In this document: piece after piece, positions 46,853 through 56,855 of the stretch
Layout of the letters: every line of letters starts with the position of its first letter
Numbering within the stretch: position 1 is the first letter of the stretch
From: an uncultured Verrucomicrobiota bacterium
GTDB taxonomy: Bacteria; Auribacterota; JABMQX01
Assembly (NCBI GenBank): GCA_964640185.1
Contig: CAZXGF010000010.1
Span: 162 to 64,161 of the forward strand
Direction: 5' to 3'
Length of the DNA stretch: 64,000 nucleotides
The notes under the pieces: model-generated
Told to the model about the DNA's origin: nothing
Databases searched by the model: none
What the model saw: only the letters and a program-made list of their open reading frames with translations
Position numbers and translations under genes: made by a program

Positions 46853-47737
46853 TTATCGGGATGAAATTGAGGCATATTCCTGGGATTTCGCGCGATTGAT
46901 TGCCTTCTGTTCTTTTTCCTTCAGTTCCTCGATCATTCTTGCCAAGAACCGAGCGTCTATAGGTTCCTGACCTTTCGGTGTCTTTTCATATAGTCGTTTC
47001 ATCAGATGAAAGACACGTCTGCGCGTTTCCTCGGACATTGCACTGGTCGCAGCACTGAAAGAGCCGTAGTACTCTCTTATCTTCGCATTGATACATTCCA
47101 TTGCAAAGTAGGCTCGGCGTAGTTTTTCTATTGTGGAACCCAGCAAATGAGCGAGAGCGTTCACTTTGCTTTTCCCAGAAACAGAGAAAGAGATAAGAGG
47201 AACTTTTGTATCTTTTTCGGTGCGGTCATCGGCGAGATATTTCCAAATTCTGCAATTCTCTTCTGCTTCATATCGTATGTTAGAAAGTATAGCTTTCTCA
47301 CCCTCTGCTTTTTCCTTTTGCCGCTCCATTCTCGCCGCTTCAGCCTCATCTACCATACGCTTTGTGGAAGCAGCATATTCAAGGGTAACACTAATCAGGA
47401 CAATGATTGCAGATGCTTGGATCGCCTCCGGGAATTTCGCACCGAAGATGAGCGACAAGATGAACACCAAAAAGGCGACAGAGACACCGCAGCACAAAGC
47501 TCTATATCCGCTCCAAGACCGTTTGAGCCAAGCACCTATTCCCTTCGTAGCCTTTTGAAGGTTCTGTTTGTGTGGGCAACACATGATTTTCAGGCAAGGA
47601 TACCACAAGAGCCAAAGCGATCCCAGACCTTTTTTCTCCTCTGTGGGCAAGCGCGTAACCGCCCGCTTTCTCGGATGGCCGAAAGCATTGAGCATCCTTT
47701 GGGACACCATAATGCTTTCGCAAACGATGTACGGCAA
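46853..47737 (-). CDS. hypothetical membrane protein (AT-richer islet)
   Basis: ORF with two central TM helices; local GC clearly lower than surroundings. Confidence 0.4.
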   Translation of the reverse strand: MPYIVCESIMVSQRMLNAFGHPRKRAVTRLPTEEKKGLGSLWLLWYPCLKIMCCPHKQNLQKATKGIGAWLKRSWSGYRALCCGVSVAFLVFILSLIFGAKFPEAIQASAIIVLISVTLEYAASTKRMVDEAEAARMERQKEKAEGEKAILSNIRYEAEENCRIWKYLADDRTEKDTKVPLISFSVSGKSKVNALAHLLGSTIEKLRRAYFAMECINAKIREYYGSFSAATSAMSEETRRRVFHLMKRLYEKTPKGQEPIDARFLARMIEELKEKEQKAINRAKSQEYASISSR

Positions 47738-47847
47738 ATCTCAACGTTGATCTGGAGTTATTGCCCTGAGCAAGATCATTGACAGATATTGACAATGCAA
47801 GGTTCGCCACAGAAGAGATGATGCTCGCTCGCGCCGGGTCGCAGGAC

Positions 47848-48048
47848 TTAGTGTTCTGAATACACGATCAAGACTGCCAGGTTAGCTCCCCCGTATGGGC
47901 CTTCCCCGAAACCACCTTCACCATATCCTGGCCCTTTTTGAATATCAGACGCATATTCAATATGAAATACGTTTTCTGTGGACAGGAACTCATTCATGTT
48001 CTTCTCTAATTCAAGGATGTCATTCCCCATTACGAGCTTCGCCTTCAT
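47848..48048 (-). CDS. small hypothetical protein (66 aa)
   Basis: GAGGAGGG RBS 8 nt upstream of ATG; Gly-rich tail. Confidence 0.3.
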   Translation of the reverse strand: MKAKLVMGNDILELEKNMNEFLSTENVFHIEYASDIQKGPGYGEGGFGEGPYGGANLAVLIVYSEH

Positions 48049-48451
48049 CGTACTGCCCTCCTCTCTTTAGCTTGAAAGATATTTTTGCCACAGATGAGTT
48101 TACTTTCACAGGATTTTGTTCCCTACGCAAAAGAAAAAGCATTCTCCTATCCAGGGAAGCTGCTTGTGTTCCACAAGGGAAAAAGGAAGATTAAATCTCC
48201 CACTCCTCCGACATTTCACCTTTCTCTCCCTGTCAGACCTTTTCCGTGCCTTTCCGGTCAAGCTGTGTCGCTTGTGGATTGGCGGGGTGATACAAAAATT
48301 TCGGAACGATCAGGAATAAGAAGGTGTTCTAAAAATGCGGGAAAAAAATGGCAAAAAAAGAAAAAAAACTTGACAAAAAGCTGCTGGTATGCGATATGCT
48401 AACATCACATTTCATAAGAAAGAGGCCCCTTGTAAAGGGAGGAAACAGAAG

Positions 48452-48769
48452 GTGGAGCCGCTGGGATTTGTCATCCTTACTATTGAATATCGTCAAGAAC
48501 AAGACCGCGTGCTTGCCAGATGTCGCGAATTGAGCACTTCTACGTTCGGTGATACATTTGAAGAAGCTCAAGAAGCCATTCTTGAGGCCATTGTGCTACA
48601 CGTAAACACTTTGGAAGATGTTGGCGAACGGGAGCGCTTTTTCAAGGAACATAACATTAAGTTTTACCGTACAAGGCCTCGTCGCCACAGTTCAATAAGC
48701 ATCCCACCGGATAAGCATCTCTTCTATCAGCGTGTAATGCAGCCTGTGTTCCAAGCGGCAAGCGCGTAA
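48452..48769 (+). CDS. HicB-family antitoxin-like protein
   Basis: GGGAGGA RBS then GTG 48452; FVILTIEYRQEQDRVLARCRELSTSTFGDTFEEAQEAILEAIVLHVNTLED fits the HicB N-domain. Confidence 0.5.
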   Translation: MEPLGFVILTIEYRQEQDRVLARCRELSTSTFGDTFEEAQEAILEAIVLHVNTLEDVGERERFFKEHNIKFYRTRPRRHSSISIPPDKHLFYQRVMQPVFQAASA

Positions 48770-49026
48770 TGGGGGAATCTCTTCCAGCAATCAGCGGCAA
48801 GCAGTTAATAAAGCTTCTCGTGAAAGACGGCTGGGAAATCAGAAGAAAAGCGAAACATGGGTTTTCGTTGGCAAAATGCCTACCAGCTCGAACGCTCGTT
48901 ACCCTTGTTCCCAATAAATCCAAACCTCTGCCCATAGGCACACTTTCCGACATCTGGGGTGTTGACCAAACTCGTTATGGCAGAAAGGGAATTCAAAAAC
49001 TCATAGAAAAACACGGCCTCAAATGA
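48769..49026 (+). CDS. HicA-family toxin-like protein (YcfA-like)
   Basis: TAATG overlap with upstream gene; GKQLIKLLVKDGWEIRRKAKHGFSLAK...TLVTLVPNK...PIGTLSDI parallels the HicA pattern. Confidence 0.5.
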   Translation: MGESLPAISGKQLIKLLVKDGWEIRRKAKHGFSLAKCLPARTLVTLVPNKSKPLPIGTLSDIWGVDQTRYGRKGIQKLIEKHGLK

Positions 49027-49905
49027 TCTTGGCCTTCTATCGCACATCGCATGTATCACTACGTAAGGCTCAAGGCGTTACCAGGCACAGCTTTCCACAA
49101 TCCTACCACATTCCTGTTCCTCGTATGGGCGATTAAGCCGACGCCAAGACTCGGACGGTCTATGTATTAAGCAACAAAGATTTCAAGCAAATTTTCCTAT
49201 TTTTGGGGAAAGCTTGCTTTGCGTTGTTTTCTTTGGAAAAACTTTTTGCGGGGGAGATCAAATTCCCGTTTTGTGCCCCCCCTTCCGAAAGGCAATTTTG
49301 GGTTGCCCGCCGCCTGCTTGATTCACTAAGCCCCGAATCACCTCCATGCAGGTCTGCTATCCTTTTCCCTGTGAGGTTGCGCTATGGCGACCAGGACTGT
49401 GCCACTTTGCCCCTCCACATGCAACAAACGCCTTGTTCTAAGAGGTTTCCCTTCTGTGCGCTGTGAGCGTTGCAGTCCTCAGAGGGAAACTTTACAGGAG
49501 TTTCCCCAAAAACGGCGAGGATGGCGTTGTAACCTATTGGTACCAAGGCAGAAATCGAAACTGCCAACTGTGAGGCCTTTCTTTTGCATAAAAAATGGGG
49601 AAACTTTTTGATGAAGAAGGAGACCTCCTGAGGTGAAAGTTGTGGGTTTGAAAAACAACACAACCACCTGAAGGTCGGAGATGAACCGTAGCCAAGTAGA
49701 GGACAGATTCGAAAGGGCGAATTGGAGAATTTTGGGGGAGACTTTCCGAGGGAAATACTTCTTGACAACACGGTTTGCATTGTCGTATTCGGTGTCGGGG
49801 GTGGCCGGCGGCATAATCCGGAAACATCGGCGGCACAATCGAGGTCAGCAGTGTAATCGGAAAGGGAGCGGCTTTTATCATCTGATTGCGACGGAGCGTG
49901 AGTAA

Positions 49906-50325
49906 ATGAGCGAAGCCAGCGCACGCCAATGCGAAAAGCAAAAAGGCAAAATCCTGGTTGTGGACGACGAGCTGATCGTTTGCAAGAGCTGCGTCAGGGT
50001 GCTTGCCCCGGAAGGATATTCCGTCACGACCACTCAAAGCGGACGTGAGGGAATCGAGAGGGGCGCCTCCGGCGATTTCGATGTAGCAATTGTGGATCTG
50101 AAGATGCCCGACATGGACGGAATGGAGGTTCTTCACGCAATAAAGGAAAAGCAGCCCGAGGTGCAGGTCATTGTGATAACCGGTTATTCGACGGCATCCA
50201 CAGCGGTTGATGTTATCAAGCTCGGGGCTGGTGAGTACCTCCCTAAGCCTTTCACTCCGGATGAGCTTCTCGCTGCAGTCAGCAGGGCTATGAAGAGTAG
50301 AAGAGCGATCGCCGAGAATCGTTAG
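49906..50325 (+). CDS. stand-alone response-regulator receiver domain (CheY-like)
   Basis: ILVVDDE, phospho-acceptor AIVDLKMPDMDG, conserved T/K (VIVITGY...LPKPF). Confidence 0.8.
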   Translation: MSEASARQCEKQKGKILVVDDELIVCKSCVRVLAPEGYSVTTTQSGREGIERGASGDFDVAIVDLKMPDMDGMEVLHAIKEKQPEVQVIVITGYSTASTAVDVIKLGAGEYLPKPFTPDELLAAVSRAMKSRRAIAENR

Positions 50326-50665
50326 CTCAGGGACTAACCACAGGAGAAGTTTGGTCCTGAGCACATCGGCGGCAACAGCAGGGGCGTGCAGTGAGCCTAT
50401 ACGCCCGTCCGGAAGATGACGCCCAGCAGCACCGCTTCCGGTTTAAAGCGCGCCCCGCTTCCGCCTCCCCTGGAGCGACTTACGCTCACAAGAATGCACC
50501 ATCTTGTGCGTAAAATGACCATATATGCTATAAATAAGCAAGGGCAAAGAATCGTAGCGCCCAGGCATCGCCACCGGCCCAAATTGCCGTTCCGGACGGC
50601 TTGATGGCCCCACTGAGGAAATCACCCGTGCCGGGCATTTAACCCACTTTTTTGGGGTCGAACAG

Positions 50666-53600
50666 GTGGAGCAGTTGAAATTCTTCGATGTCGGTCAAGA
50701 AGGAATTGGGGAGGTGCGGGAGGGCCCGCCGTCCTTGCCGAGTTCCCCAGATGAACTCGCCTATTGGTTCTCAGAGGCTGTTAAGGCTGAGATCGAGGAG
50801 TTGTCAAAGAAGGGGGGACAGCAATCTTATGAGCTGCTATCGGGGGAGTTAATCAAGACAATAGGTTCCAGCCAAGGGATTTTTTCATTTATACTCGCTG
50901 ATGGCACAAGGATTCCTGAGGATGCAACCGGGCAACTAAAGACGGAAAGTGCAGAATACACCGCCACTGTAATACGCCAGGAAGTTAACCGTATCCAAAT
51001 CCAGCTCGAAGCGAGTTCCCGACTTCCCGATGCCATTTCCAGGGCGATTCTTTTAATCGACGACACGGCTCTCCTTCGACGACTGGCGGATGTACTTGAC
51101 GCTAAGGCTGAGAACCCAACGGGAGTTCGACCTTTAGCGGTAAAAGTATTCCATCCCGTCCAGGCAGAAATTGGGACTGCACTTTTACCTGACATCCCAG
51201 CGTTGGTTGATAAGAATCCCCGGAACCGCCACGTGTGGGAAAAAGCGTGTGGCTCCTCCGTCACGTATATATGGGGACCGCCGGGTACCGGAAAAACGTT
51301 CTCAATCGCTCATCTTGTGGCCACCCTCATCGCATTGCATGAGAGAGTTCTTGTACTCAGCCATACGAATGCGGCCGTAGATCAGTCCCTATATGAGGCG
51401 GTAAAACGCGCGGGTTCAGAAGAGGAGCAAGATGGACCGCTCGCCGTACATCCCTTCCTTCAGGAGGGCAAGATACTTAGGATCGGGCCAACAACGAATC
51501 AGAAGATTCCCGACCCCGTTCGGTTGGACTGGGTGGTCGGCCAAAAGACCAGCGACATAAGCAAAGAGATCGTAGCTCTGGAGTCAAAAGCGAAACCACT
51601 TAGGGAGCAACTTGAATACGGCAATGCCATAATTGCAGAGTGGGACAAACTTTCGGATCTCGCGAACCGCTACGAATCAGCCGCTGAATCCGAAAGCTCC
51701 TGCAAAGACAAAACGAGAGCCGCCAGAGACCAGTTAAGAAACCACGGGAATATAGTTAGGCAGCGAGGCCTCGAACTTGAAGAGGCCAAAGGCGCCTGGC
51801 TTTTTCGGAAGAGAAAGATACAACGCGCTTCCAACGCCTTGCGTGTAGCGCATGAACTATTCACGCATTCCAAAGAAGCGTTGGAACTCCTTCACGCAAA
51901 GCAGACCGCGGCTCGCGACTTAGCTGTTACGCTTAAGTTAGCACTCGATAGACAACGGAGTGCATGTCAACAGCTGCTGCCCCGGGAAATCCTTGAGAAC
52001 GAGGTGGGAAATATAGCCAAGCGCTTGGAACCGCTGGAGACAAGGATTCAATTGCTCCAACAAGAACTCTCGGAACTTGAGCAGAAGCTGGTTGAAAAAG
52101 CCCGAGCGATTTTCTGCACCCTGACCAAGAACTATACCGACAGAACGTTGGAAGATCAGGCCTTTGACGCGGTAATCGTCGATGAGATTTCCATGGCACT
52201 TCCACCTTTGATTTTCCTGGCTGCGGCTCGGGCAATCAAACGCATTATTTTGGTCGGGGACTTTTGTCAACTTCCTCCAATTGTCCGGAGCGATACGCCT
52301 ATAAGCGATGAGAGACTTGGGACGGATGTCTTTCATCTGGCTGGTGTCGCACACGATTGTAAACCAGCAGAAGGATGCGTTGTTTTGGAAAGGTTGACCG
52401 AGCAGCGAAGAATGCTGCCCGAAATTGCCAACATTGCGCGGCATCTGGTTTACGACCAGACCGGTGTTAGACTCGAAGATCATCAGTCGCTGAAGAAGCG
52501 CCTGAAGCAAATTCACGAACACCCCACGCACGCTTGGCTTAGGTCTCTCCCGGGCAGCACGCTACTCATAGTCGATACTGCGGACTTGCATTGTTGGAGC
52601 GGCAAACAACCTGGTAGCCTCAGCCGTTTTAATTTCTATTCAGCAACAGTCGCTGTAGAGACTGCAGCCCTGGCCGTATCAGATCTCCCAAGGCCCGACC
52701 GTGTTAGTAGCCCCAGACCTATTGGCATCGTCACTCCTTTTGTGGCTCAACGAAGGCTCATTACGAAGATGCTGAGGAACTTAGACCTGGAAGATTGGGT
52801 TCAAGCAGGAACAGTTCATACGTTTCAGGGGGGGCAGGCCGATCTGATCATATTCGATTCCGTTTTGGATGAACCGTATTGGTCCGCCAGGCTCGTCACA
52901 CCTAGGTACCTCAAAGAGGTTAGACGCGAGCTCAACGTTGCAGTGACCCGGGCCAAGAACAAATTCATTCTCATAGGGTCCTCTGAATGGCTCAACGAGC
53001 GCGCCAGGGCAGCCAGTGGTCTTGGCCAACTTTGGATGTATCTCAGAAACCATGCCGATCTCGTGTCAGCCGCGGACTTGCCCATAGAGGATCTTCCGAA
53101 CCGGATATTTGGCTTCTCTGTCGATAGTACGAAGTGGTGCGTCCCAAGACAAAGCCATGGCTTGGCTTGGGAACCCCTTGACGAAAATACCTTTTTCCAT
53201 CGTTTCATAGCCGATATCAATTCAGCTTCTAAGAGCATCCTCGCATTCGCCCCTTATTTCGGCAGCTATCGCTGGCCCAGAGTCCAGCCAGCCTTCTATG
53301 CCGCCCTGAACAAAAAGCCCCGAGTCGAGATCACCATCGTCACTCCGCGGCTTAATGATGTTGACCCGGCAGCAAGAGCCTACACGAAAAAGGCCCTCCT
53401 GAATTTAAAAGAGCAGGGGGCGACCGTAGTTCCCGCAAGTGGTATGCATGGAAAGGACGTAATTATCGATGAGCGGATTCTTTATACCGGCAGCATGAAT
53501 TGGTCCAGCCATCGAGGCAGGCAGGAAACCGCGCATCGGTTCGAGGCGCCCGAATATGTGAAGTGCTACTTGGAATTGCTCCAGGCAAAGCATTTTCGTC

Positions 53601-53920
53601 AGGCAGTAATTCTTGAGGACGGCTCGCCGCGAGTCTGCCCCTTCTGCCACGAGCCCACCTGGGTCGTTAATCAAGGGAGGCAACACGGCGCTTGGGACTT
53701 CCAGGCGGTCAAAGTGGGCTGCAGCAATAAGGATAGGGCCGATTGTCCGGGGTATCTGAGGAATATCGATGAGCGCCCTCCATTTACCGCCATTCCAAGG
53801 TGCGAAATTGACGGTCGCACGAAATACAGGCGTGTACGGAGAGGCAGGGGCGAAAGATGGCAGTGCCCCAAGCACCCGAAACAATGTCCACTCATCAAGG
53901 TTGTCCCGGGAGATCCATGA
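50666..53920 (+). CDS. SF1 Upf1-like (AAA_11/AAA_12, COG1112) helicase fused to C-terminal phospholipase-D (single HKD) nuclease domain and Cys-rich Zn-ribbon tail; type II Mokosh (MkoC)-like defence candidate
   Basis: Walker A WGPPGTGKTF (~aa 204); motif II FDAVIVDEISM; motifs V/VI TVHTFQGGQADLIIFDSV / NVAVTRAKNKFILIG; HKD motif HGKDVIIDERILYTGSMNWS (~aa 927); CPFCH..C..CP cysteines at the C-terminus. GTG start assumed. Confidence 0.8.
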   Translation: MEQLKFFDVGQEGIGEVREGPPSLPSSPDELAYWFSEAVKAEIEELSKKGGQQSYELLSGELIKTIGSSQGIFSFILADGTRIPEDATGQLKTESAEYTATVIRQEVNRIQIQLEASSRLPDAISRAILLIDDTALLRRLADVLDAKAENPTGVRPLAVKVFHPVQAEIGTALLPDIPALVDKNPRNRHVWEKACGSSVTYIWGPPGTGKTFSIAHLVATLIALHERVLVLSHTNAAVDQSLYEAVKRAGSEEEQDGPLAVHPFLQEGKILRIGPTTNQKIPDPVRLDWVVGQKTSDISKEIVALESKAKPLREQLEYGNAIIAEWDKLSDLANRYESAAESESSCKDKTRAARDQLRNHGNIVRQRGLELEEAKGAWLFRKRKIQRASNALRVAHELFTHSKEALELLHAKQTAARDLAVTLKLALDRQRSACQQLLPREILENEVGNIAKRLEPLETRIQLLQQELSELEQKLVEKARAIFCTLTKNYTDRTLEDQAFDAVIVDEISMALPPLIFLAAARAIKRIILVGDFCQLPPIVRSDTPISDERLGTDVFHLAGVAHDCKPAEGCVVLERLTEQRRMLPEIANIARHLVYDQTGVRLEDHQSLKKRLKQIHEHPTHAWLRSLPGSTLLIVDTADLHCWSGKQPGSLSRFNFYSATVAVETAALAVSDLPRPDRVSSPRPIGIVTPFVAQRRLITKMLRNLDLEDWVQAGTVHTFQGGQADLIIFDSVLDEPYWSARLVTPRYLKEVRRELNVAVTRAKNKFILIGSSEWLNERARAASGLGQLWMYLRNHADLVSAADLPIEDLPNRIFGFSVDSTKWCVPRQSHGLAWEPLDENTFFHRFIADINSASKSILAFAPYFGSYRWPRVQPAFYAALNKKPRVEITIVTPRLNDVDPAARAYTKKALLNLKEQGATVVPASGMHGKDVIIDERILYTGSMNWSSHRGRQETAHRFEAPEYVKCYLELLQAKHFRQAVILEDGSPRVCPFCHEPTWVVNQGRQHGAWDFQAVKVGCSNKDRADCPGYLRNIDERPPFTAIPRCEIDGRTKYRRVRRGRGERWQCPKHPKQCPLIKVVPGDP

Positions 53921-53985
53921 CAATAATGCGGGCCACTCACCGCACAACCTCCTGTGGACCAAGGGGTTTCTTGGAGCAGCACCGC

Positions 53986-54837
53986 TCAATACTCCGCAGG
54001 GAGAGCTTGGAGCTGTTCAAGGGTGAAGACGGGGCCGTCTTTGCATACGTAGAGGTTGCCGATGTTGCATCGGCCGCATTTGCCGATGCCGCACTTCATA
54101 CGCATTTCTAAGGATACCACGATGTTCTCCGGCGGGAAGCCGAGGTCACTGAGGACGGGGAAGGTGAATTTCAGCATGATGGGGGGGCCGCAGACGAGAC
54201 AGATGGCGCTCTCGGAGGAAGGGGCGACCTCTTTCAGGACAGTGGGCACGAACCCCTCCCTGCCGGTCCACGACTCGTCCCCTTTGTCAACGGTCACGTA
54301 CATCTCGATATCGTCGCGCTCCTCCCACTCCTTCAGCTCTTCCTTGTAAATCAGCTCTCCGGGGCTTCTGGCGCCGTAGATGCAGGTCAGGTTGTTGATG
54401 CGTCCCCGGTTCTCCGGAGCGAGCAGATAGCGGATGGCGCTTCGCAGCGTCGTGAAGGCGAATCCGCCGCCGACGATGAGGACATTTTTTCCCTCTATCT
54501 GGTCGAGCGGATACGATTTCCCGAGAGGGCCTCTCACACCGATGATTCTCCCTTCCTCCGAATTGTGGAGGTCGGAAGTAACCACGCCCATCCTCTTGAC
54601 AGTGAAAAGGAGGTAGCCTTCTTCTGTCGGGGAGGAGGCGATGCCGATGGGCGATTCTCCCTTCCCGAAGATGGACAGTTCCGCAAACTGACCGGGGAGG
54701 TACTGGAAGGCTTCCTCATGTTCCTTATTGAGGAAGGCCAGTTTGAAGGTCTTGATGTCTCGGTCGGCGTTTTCGACCGTTACCTTCTGAATCTCCACCG
54801 GATATGGTAGATATGGATTTCCGTGGTTTCCCTTCAC
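53986..54837 (-). CDS. FAD/NAD(P)-binding [2Fe-2S] oxidoreductase subunit (FlxA/AsrB/HydG-like)
   Basis: FNR-like fold (RMGVVTS, NVLIVGGGFAFTTLRS) and C-terminal CGIGKCGRC cluster. Confidence 0.7.
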   Translation of the reverse strand: MKGNHGNPYLPYPVEIQKVTVENADRDIKTFKLAFLNKEHEEAFQYLPGQFAELSIFGKGESPIGIASSPTEEGYLLFTVKRMGVVTSDLHNSEEGRIIGVRGPLGKSYPLDQIEGKNVLIVGGGFAFTTLRSAIRYLLAPENRGRINNLTCIYGARSPGELIYKEELKEWEERDDIEMYVTVDKGDESWTGREGFVPTVLKEVAPSSESAICLVCGPPIMLKFTFPVLSDLGFPPENIVVSLEMRMKCGIGKCGRCNIGNLYVCKDGPVFTLEQLQALPAEY

Positions 54838-55847
54838 GGTGCTATTACCTCTCTGAGGTCAATGTTGACCGGACAGTTCACGATGCAGCGCCCGCAGCCC
54901 ACGCAGAACAACTGGCCGCTGTTGTCCACCGCGTAGCTGAACTTGTGCATGAATCGCTGACGAACCCTCTCCTTCTGGCTCGGGCGAGGATTGTGCCCGG
55001 AAGCGTGCAGTGTGAACGGGGAATACATGCAAGAATCCCATGTCCGCACTCTCCTTCCATTCTCCCTGAGCGTCTCATCGGTCACGTCGAAGCAATAGCA
55101 CGTCGGGCAGAAATAGGTGCATATCCCGCAGCCGAGACATTTCTGCGAGGGAGCTTCCCACAGGTCTGAATCGAAAGCCTTCGCAAGCCTCTCCGCAACG
55201 CCATCCAGGGGTAATTTCTCCATGCGCGAAGCTGCCTCCTCGGCGATTTTTTTCTTCTGGGCGACCTGTTTCTTGGTCGCGTCCTTCGTCATCTTCGAGA
55301 ACTGATTGAGGAACTCTTCCCCGCGTTCGGAGACTGCCTCAAGGAGGAAAGCCTCACCCAGATCGAAGAGGAGAATGTCTGAGCCTTCCGCAGCAGCCGG
55401 TCCCCCACCGACGGAAGTGCAAAAGCATGTGGTTGCCGGGTTAGCACATGCCACCGAAATGACCACGGTGTTCTCGCGCTTTTGCTTGTAGTAGAAGTCC
55501 TCCGGCTCCTCCAGGAACACTTTGTCGAGCAGCCAGATAGCTCTTGCGTCGCAGGGTCGAAGCCCCAGCAGAACCCTTTTCTGCGGGGCAGGGGCGGCGT
55601 CCTCAGCCAGCTCCCCCCGGCAGAAGCGGCAAAGAACCTCGGACTGAGGCAGGAAGAACTCCTTCGGTGACATCTTAAAGTTGCGGTAGTCGAAGTCAAA
55701 CTCCGGTTCTTCCCCGACTTCGCCCAAAGTTACCTCGCCGCCGTTACGGACAGGCCCGTACAAACGGTAACCGCGCGAGACGATGGCTTTCGCAAGGTCG
55801 GCGAACTTTTTTTTGTCAACGGTTTTTGCAATCATGATTTCCGGCAT
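54834..55847 (-). CDS. 4Fe-4S dicluster subunit (FlxB/AsrA/HydB-like)
   Basis: CLGCGICTYFCPTC and CVGCGRCIVNCP ferredoxin motifs; 4-nt overlap with downstream gene. Confidence 0.7.
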   Translation of the reverse strand: MPEIMIAKTVDKKKFADLAKAIVSRGYRLYGPVRNGGEVTLGEVGEEPEFDFDYRNFKMSPKEFFLPQSEVLCRFCRGELAEDAAPAPQKRVLLGLRPCDARAIWLLDKVFLEEPEDFYYKQKRENTVVISVACANPATTCFCTSVGGGPAAAEGSDILLFDLGEAFLLEAVSERGEEFLNQFSKMTKDATKKQVAQKKKIAEEAASRMEKLPLDGVAERLAKAFDSDLWEAPSQKCLGCGICTYFCPTCYCFDVTDETLRENGRRVRTWDSCMYSPFTLHASGHNPRPSQKERVRQRFMHKFSYAVDNSGQLFCVGCGRCIVNCPVNIDLREVIAP

Positions 55848-55850
55848 CGG

Positions 55851-56855
55851 CTATGGTTCTGTGATGAAAGACTGATCGTCCTCCATCTTAAAGGTGCACA
55901 ACGGCGGAGGCTCTTCAAGGGAAACGCCCGCCTCGTATCCGAACAATTCCTTGACGTCTTTGAGGATTTTTCGCGTGAAGAGGCGAAGGTCAATGTCCAT
56001 GGGGCAAGCCCGTACACAGGCGCCGCAATCAACACACCGCCCCGCCTGGTGAAAAATCCGCCCCAGATGGTAAATCATAACCTCTGTGAGGTCCTTGCCG
56101 ACGCCGATCCACCTGGGTTGGGTTTGCTCCGCGAAGCAGGTCGTGCAGTAGCAATTGGGGCACGCCTGACGGCAGGCGTAACACCGAATGCACTTGGAAA
56201 TCTCGGCGACGAACGCATCCCACCTCTCCTGCGACGATTTCGCTTCAAAATCGGCAATGTCCCCGAAATCGGCTTCAGCTTGCTTTTCGGCGAGTTCCTG
56301 TCCGACACGAATATCACAGACGGGCGCATCGGGATGGGGACAGCCCTTGCACGAATCGAAAATGACTTCATCCCTGCCGAGGCGGATGTCCTTGCCTCCG
56401 TCAACATGCACGGTGAGCGTACCATCTTCGGCGATCTCTCCGCCCGCCGGTTCCTTTCCATCCAGAGCTGCCTGGACTTTCTTCAGGTCAACAACTCCTC
56501 GGCACGGGACGCCCACGATGATAAGGTTGTCACGCGGCGCCTGCTTTTCCTTGACCAGTCCCACCAGAGACCGCCCGTCGCAACCCTTTGCGACAACCGC
56601 AACCCTGGGAGGTCTCCAGTCTTTCGGGCGTCCCTCCCTGGAGAAGAGGCGGGGCAGATACACGGCGAGATTGTTCGAGCAGAAGCCATCCCAGACAAGC
56701 CTGTCACAGTCTCCGGCACTGGTCACGAAACAGGGGGTCGTTCTCAAGGGGAGTGTCCCCTTCTCATAGCCGATGAGAAGGTCTATTTTCTTCTCCTCGA
56801 AGAGCTTTTTTGCGACAGCTTTCAGGTCGTCGGACATCTTCACGTTCTCGCTCAT
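55851..56855 (-). CDS. iron-sulfur subunit (FlxC-like; FrhB-N-like + 2x[4Fe-4S])
   Basis: KCIRCYACRQACPNCYC and CVDCGACVRACP; ATGA overlap with mvhD stop. Confidence 0.55.
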   Translation of the reverse strand: MSENVKMSDDLKAVAKKLFEEKKIDLLIGYEKGTLPLRTTPCFVTSAGDCDRLVWDGFCSNNLAVYLPRLFSREGRPKDWRPPRVAVVAKGCDGRSLVGLVKEKQAPRDNLIIVGVPCRGVVDLKKVQAALDGKEPAGGEIAEDGTLTVHVDGGKDIRLGRDEVIFDSCKGCPHPDAPVCDIRVGQELAEKQAEADFGDIADFEAKSSQERWDAFVAEISKCIRCYACRQACPNCYCTTCFAEQTQPRWIGVGKDLTEVMIYHLGRIFHQAGRCVDCGACVRACPMDIDLRLFTRKILKDVKELFGYEAGVSLEEPPPLCTFKMEDDQSFITEP

